From assembly GCA_030704615.1 (NCBI GenBank), contig CM060732.1, positions 3,038,001 through 3,102,000 of the forward strand: a stretch of DNA of 64,000 nucleotides, in the 5' to 3' direction. The notes beneath the pieces are model-generated. The model was not told the origin of the DNA and made no database searches. It saw nothing but the letters and a program-made list of their open reading frames with translations. Numbering within the stretch: position 1 is the stretch's first letter; every line of letters starts with the position of its first letter. The stretch comes from Takakia lepidozioides. Its lineage: Eukaryota > Plantae > Bryophyta. Shown one piece after another: positions 61,790 to 64,000 of this stretch. A program made the position numbers and the translations under genes.

Positions 61790-64000
61790 TGTCGCACACC
61801 TCGATTCGGTAAACTCCCCTTCAAGTCATAGTTACTCGCTTTGATGCGCGCGCCTGACTCCCAACCTGGCCGCCGGGCCAACTTGGAGTTTCGGCTGCTC
61901 ACCGGGACATAACGGTCCCCTTCCGCTTCCCTCTAAACCCTCCACCTATTTGGGACTAGGAGAATTCCCTTTGGTAGATGGCAGTCCGGAACAGCTCCCC
62001 ACTCTTTGGTCGCTTTCCGGCTCGCTCGCTTACTCACTAGTTTTTGGTCACCAACGGGCTTGCACCGTTCTCGGGGTTACTACTCCCTATATATACTTCT
62101 GTAGCTGTCCGCGGGGGTTTCATAACCAGCCATGCCATTTTATGGCGAACCACCACGAAAACCCTCGACTCCCGGTGGTGAGTCGCGGTGAGTCTTGGCC
62201 CACTCACCGCGGCCCCAATGGACCGTGATGAGTCCCAAGACTCCCCACGACTCCCACCTCGAGGTCTCCACCCCATGGTGAGTCCTATGCCACCCCCACT
62301 AAGTCCCACTAAGCTACCACCACCCCTTGTGGAGCCACCTCCACCGCAACCCGGTGTGCGGGGCTCCACCTAGTGAGCGCCTCCGCCTCCTTGAGTGCCT
62401 TGGGCACTCAAGGGTGCTTCAGCCCCCCATACCTATCGCCGCCGCTGCCCCCACCACAGGGGCAGCCCCTCATGTGTCCCGACCCCCTGCCCTCAAGGCA
62501 AAGGGCCGCGACACACACCCCTACCAACAGGGAGTCGATGTCCTCATCGACTTGTCCATTTTGTAGAAACGAACATCCAAGTTGTGGCGTCCCACATCAA
62601 GGAATTTGTTTCCGTACCATGGCGTCCCATGGCAAAGAACCAAACCCCACACTTGACTCCACTCTCCACTAGCTAGTTCGGCCGACTTCCTCCAGTCCCG
62701 GCCAAGGGTGGAGCCTCTCCAGCTCCTCCCAGTGCACTCTTCTTGGCCTACTTCAAGGCCAAGGAACGATCCTCCCCGAGGATCGAATCGCCTTACTGCA
62801 ACAACATTGCTTGCGATCGCTCATGATGCCGCTTTTGGCATCACCTTGAGCAAGGGTTCACCTGAAACCCTCTTTGACTAGGAAGATAACCTTGAACCAA
62901 CCGTGCGCCCCAATCACTACAATTGGGTCCGCCTTGGAATGCTGGCCTGAGGTACGGGAACACGCCGAAGCCGCACTACGACTTCGTCCCGAGGCTACAC
63001 GATTATAGTACGTGAACGGAAGCACGTAGCTTCCGCGTTAGCCCGCACTACAAGGCAACCCCTCTCGTAGCGCAGTTATAGTACGCGCACGCGCCAGGTG
63101 CGCACTAGCACTTGAACTCCCAAATAAGGCGCAAGTTTCCTTGCCCCTTGGATGGGAGTCACCCGATTTCGGCACTGCGCAAACACACGATTAACCCAAT
63201 TTACCTCTCCCACTTTTGTAAGCTAGCATGCATTCTACACACCAGCCAACCACACCATGCATCACCATTCCAAACACAATAGGACGCACAATATTTGGAA
63301 CCCATTTCCTTTATCACAAATTTTTGTACAATACAAGTTTTTGCAATCGGATTCCTGAGCTAGCTAAACCGGGCTAAGCATGCATTTCCTCCCCCACGCT
63401 CCAAGGTTGATGTCCCATCAACGCTTCTTCCGCTTTTGAGGTCGCCCTTCGAACGCTGCAACTGCCTCGGATGCGTTTCCCATTTCTGAGGCACGCACCC
63501 AATGCCTCCACAAGATGATAGCCCTTCCATTTGACGAGATACTCCGTTTCTCGGTTCTTGAACCTCCTCGACTTAAGTATTGCCTCCACCTCGTACTCGG
63601 GTTCATTTTCATGATCCAACAGCATAGGTGGCGGACGCAACACTTGCTGCCGATTCGGACGTGCTTCATCTTTGAAGTAAGGCTTCAAAAGGGAGACATG
63701 GAATACTGGGTGCACCTTGCTGTTTGCTGGCAGCTCCAATTCATACACATCCTCATTCATAACCCTCCGAATGCGAAAGGGACCCGCATACGGAGGTACG
63801 AACTTCGGACTCATTTCCGGAGGTAGTCGAAAATTCTTGATGTTCAACCAGACCTCTGTGCCTGCCTCAAACTTCACTTCCCTCCGCTTCCGATTCGCCT
63901 GCCTTTCATACCGTTTCCTAGCTTTGGCAATGTTGTACTTTGCGAGCTTCAACAAACGCTCGCGTTCTTCCAGTACCGCCGCTACTGCCGGTTCCTCAAA
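61790..64000 (-). mobile_element. Chromovirus (Ty3/gypsy): integrase C-terminus with chromodomain, PPT and 3' LTR (61790-63384); continues beyond the window
   Basis: GPF motif (YAGPFRI...HPVFHVSLLKPY) and chromodomain EYEVEAIL...EYLVKWKGY. Confidence 0.93.

Overview
Repeat-dense eukaryotic DNA, most likely from a non-seed land plant (inferred from GT-AG introns, an F-box/kelch gene, a chromovirus and plant-type LINE/gypsy elements). From left to right: (1) a fragmented, spliceosomal-intron-containing gene for a cyanobacterial-type DNA polymerase III alpha subunit (DnaE), interrupted by LINE pieces; (2) an Aurora-kinase fragment; (3) one apparently intact F-box/kelch gene; (4) a decayed Ty3/gypsy element whose integrase ends in a PHD finger; (5) the main finding, a family of large Mutator-like DNA transposons. 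In these, a GCM/WRKY-like Zn-finger + MULE DDE + SWIM transposase lies head-to-head with a 10-exon cargo gene encoding a ParB/Srx-like domain fused to a beta-class amino-(N4C/N6A) DNA methyltransferase-like domain. The cargo gene's introns carry arrays of element-specific palindromes. Three diverged members are present: A is nearly intact, B is decayed and rearranged, and C is only the 3' half of the cargo gene. The window ends with two inverted chromovirus LTRs. All assignments come from motif recognition by eye; no database searches were run.
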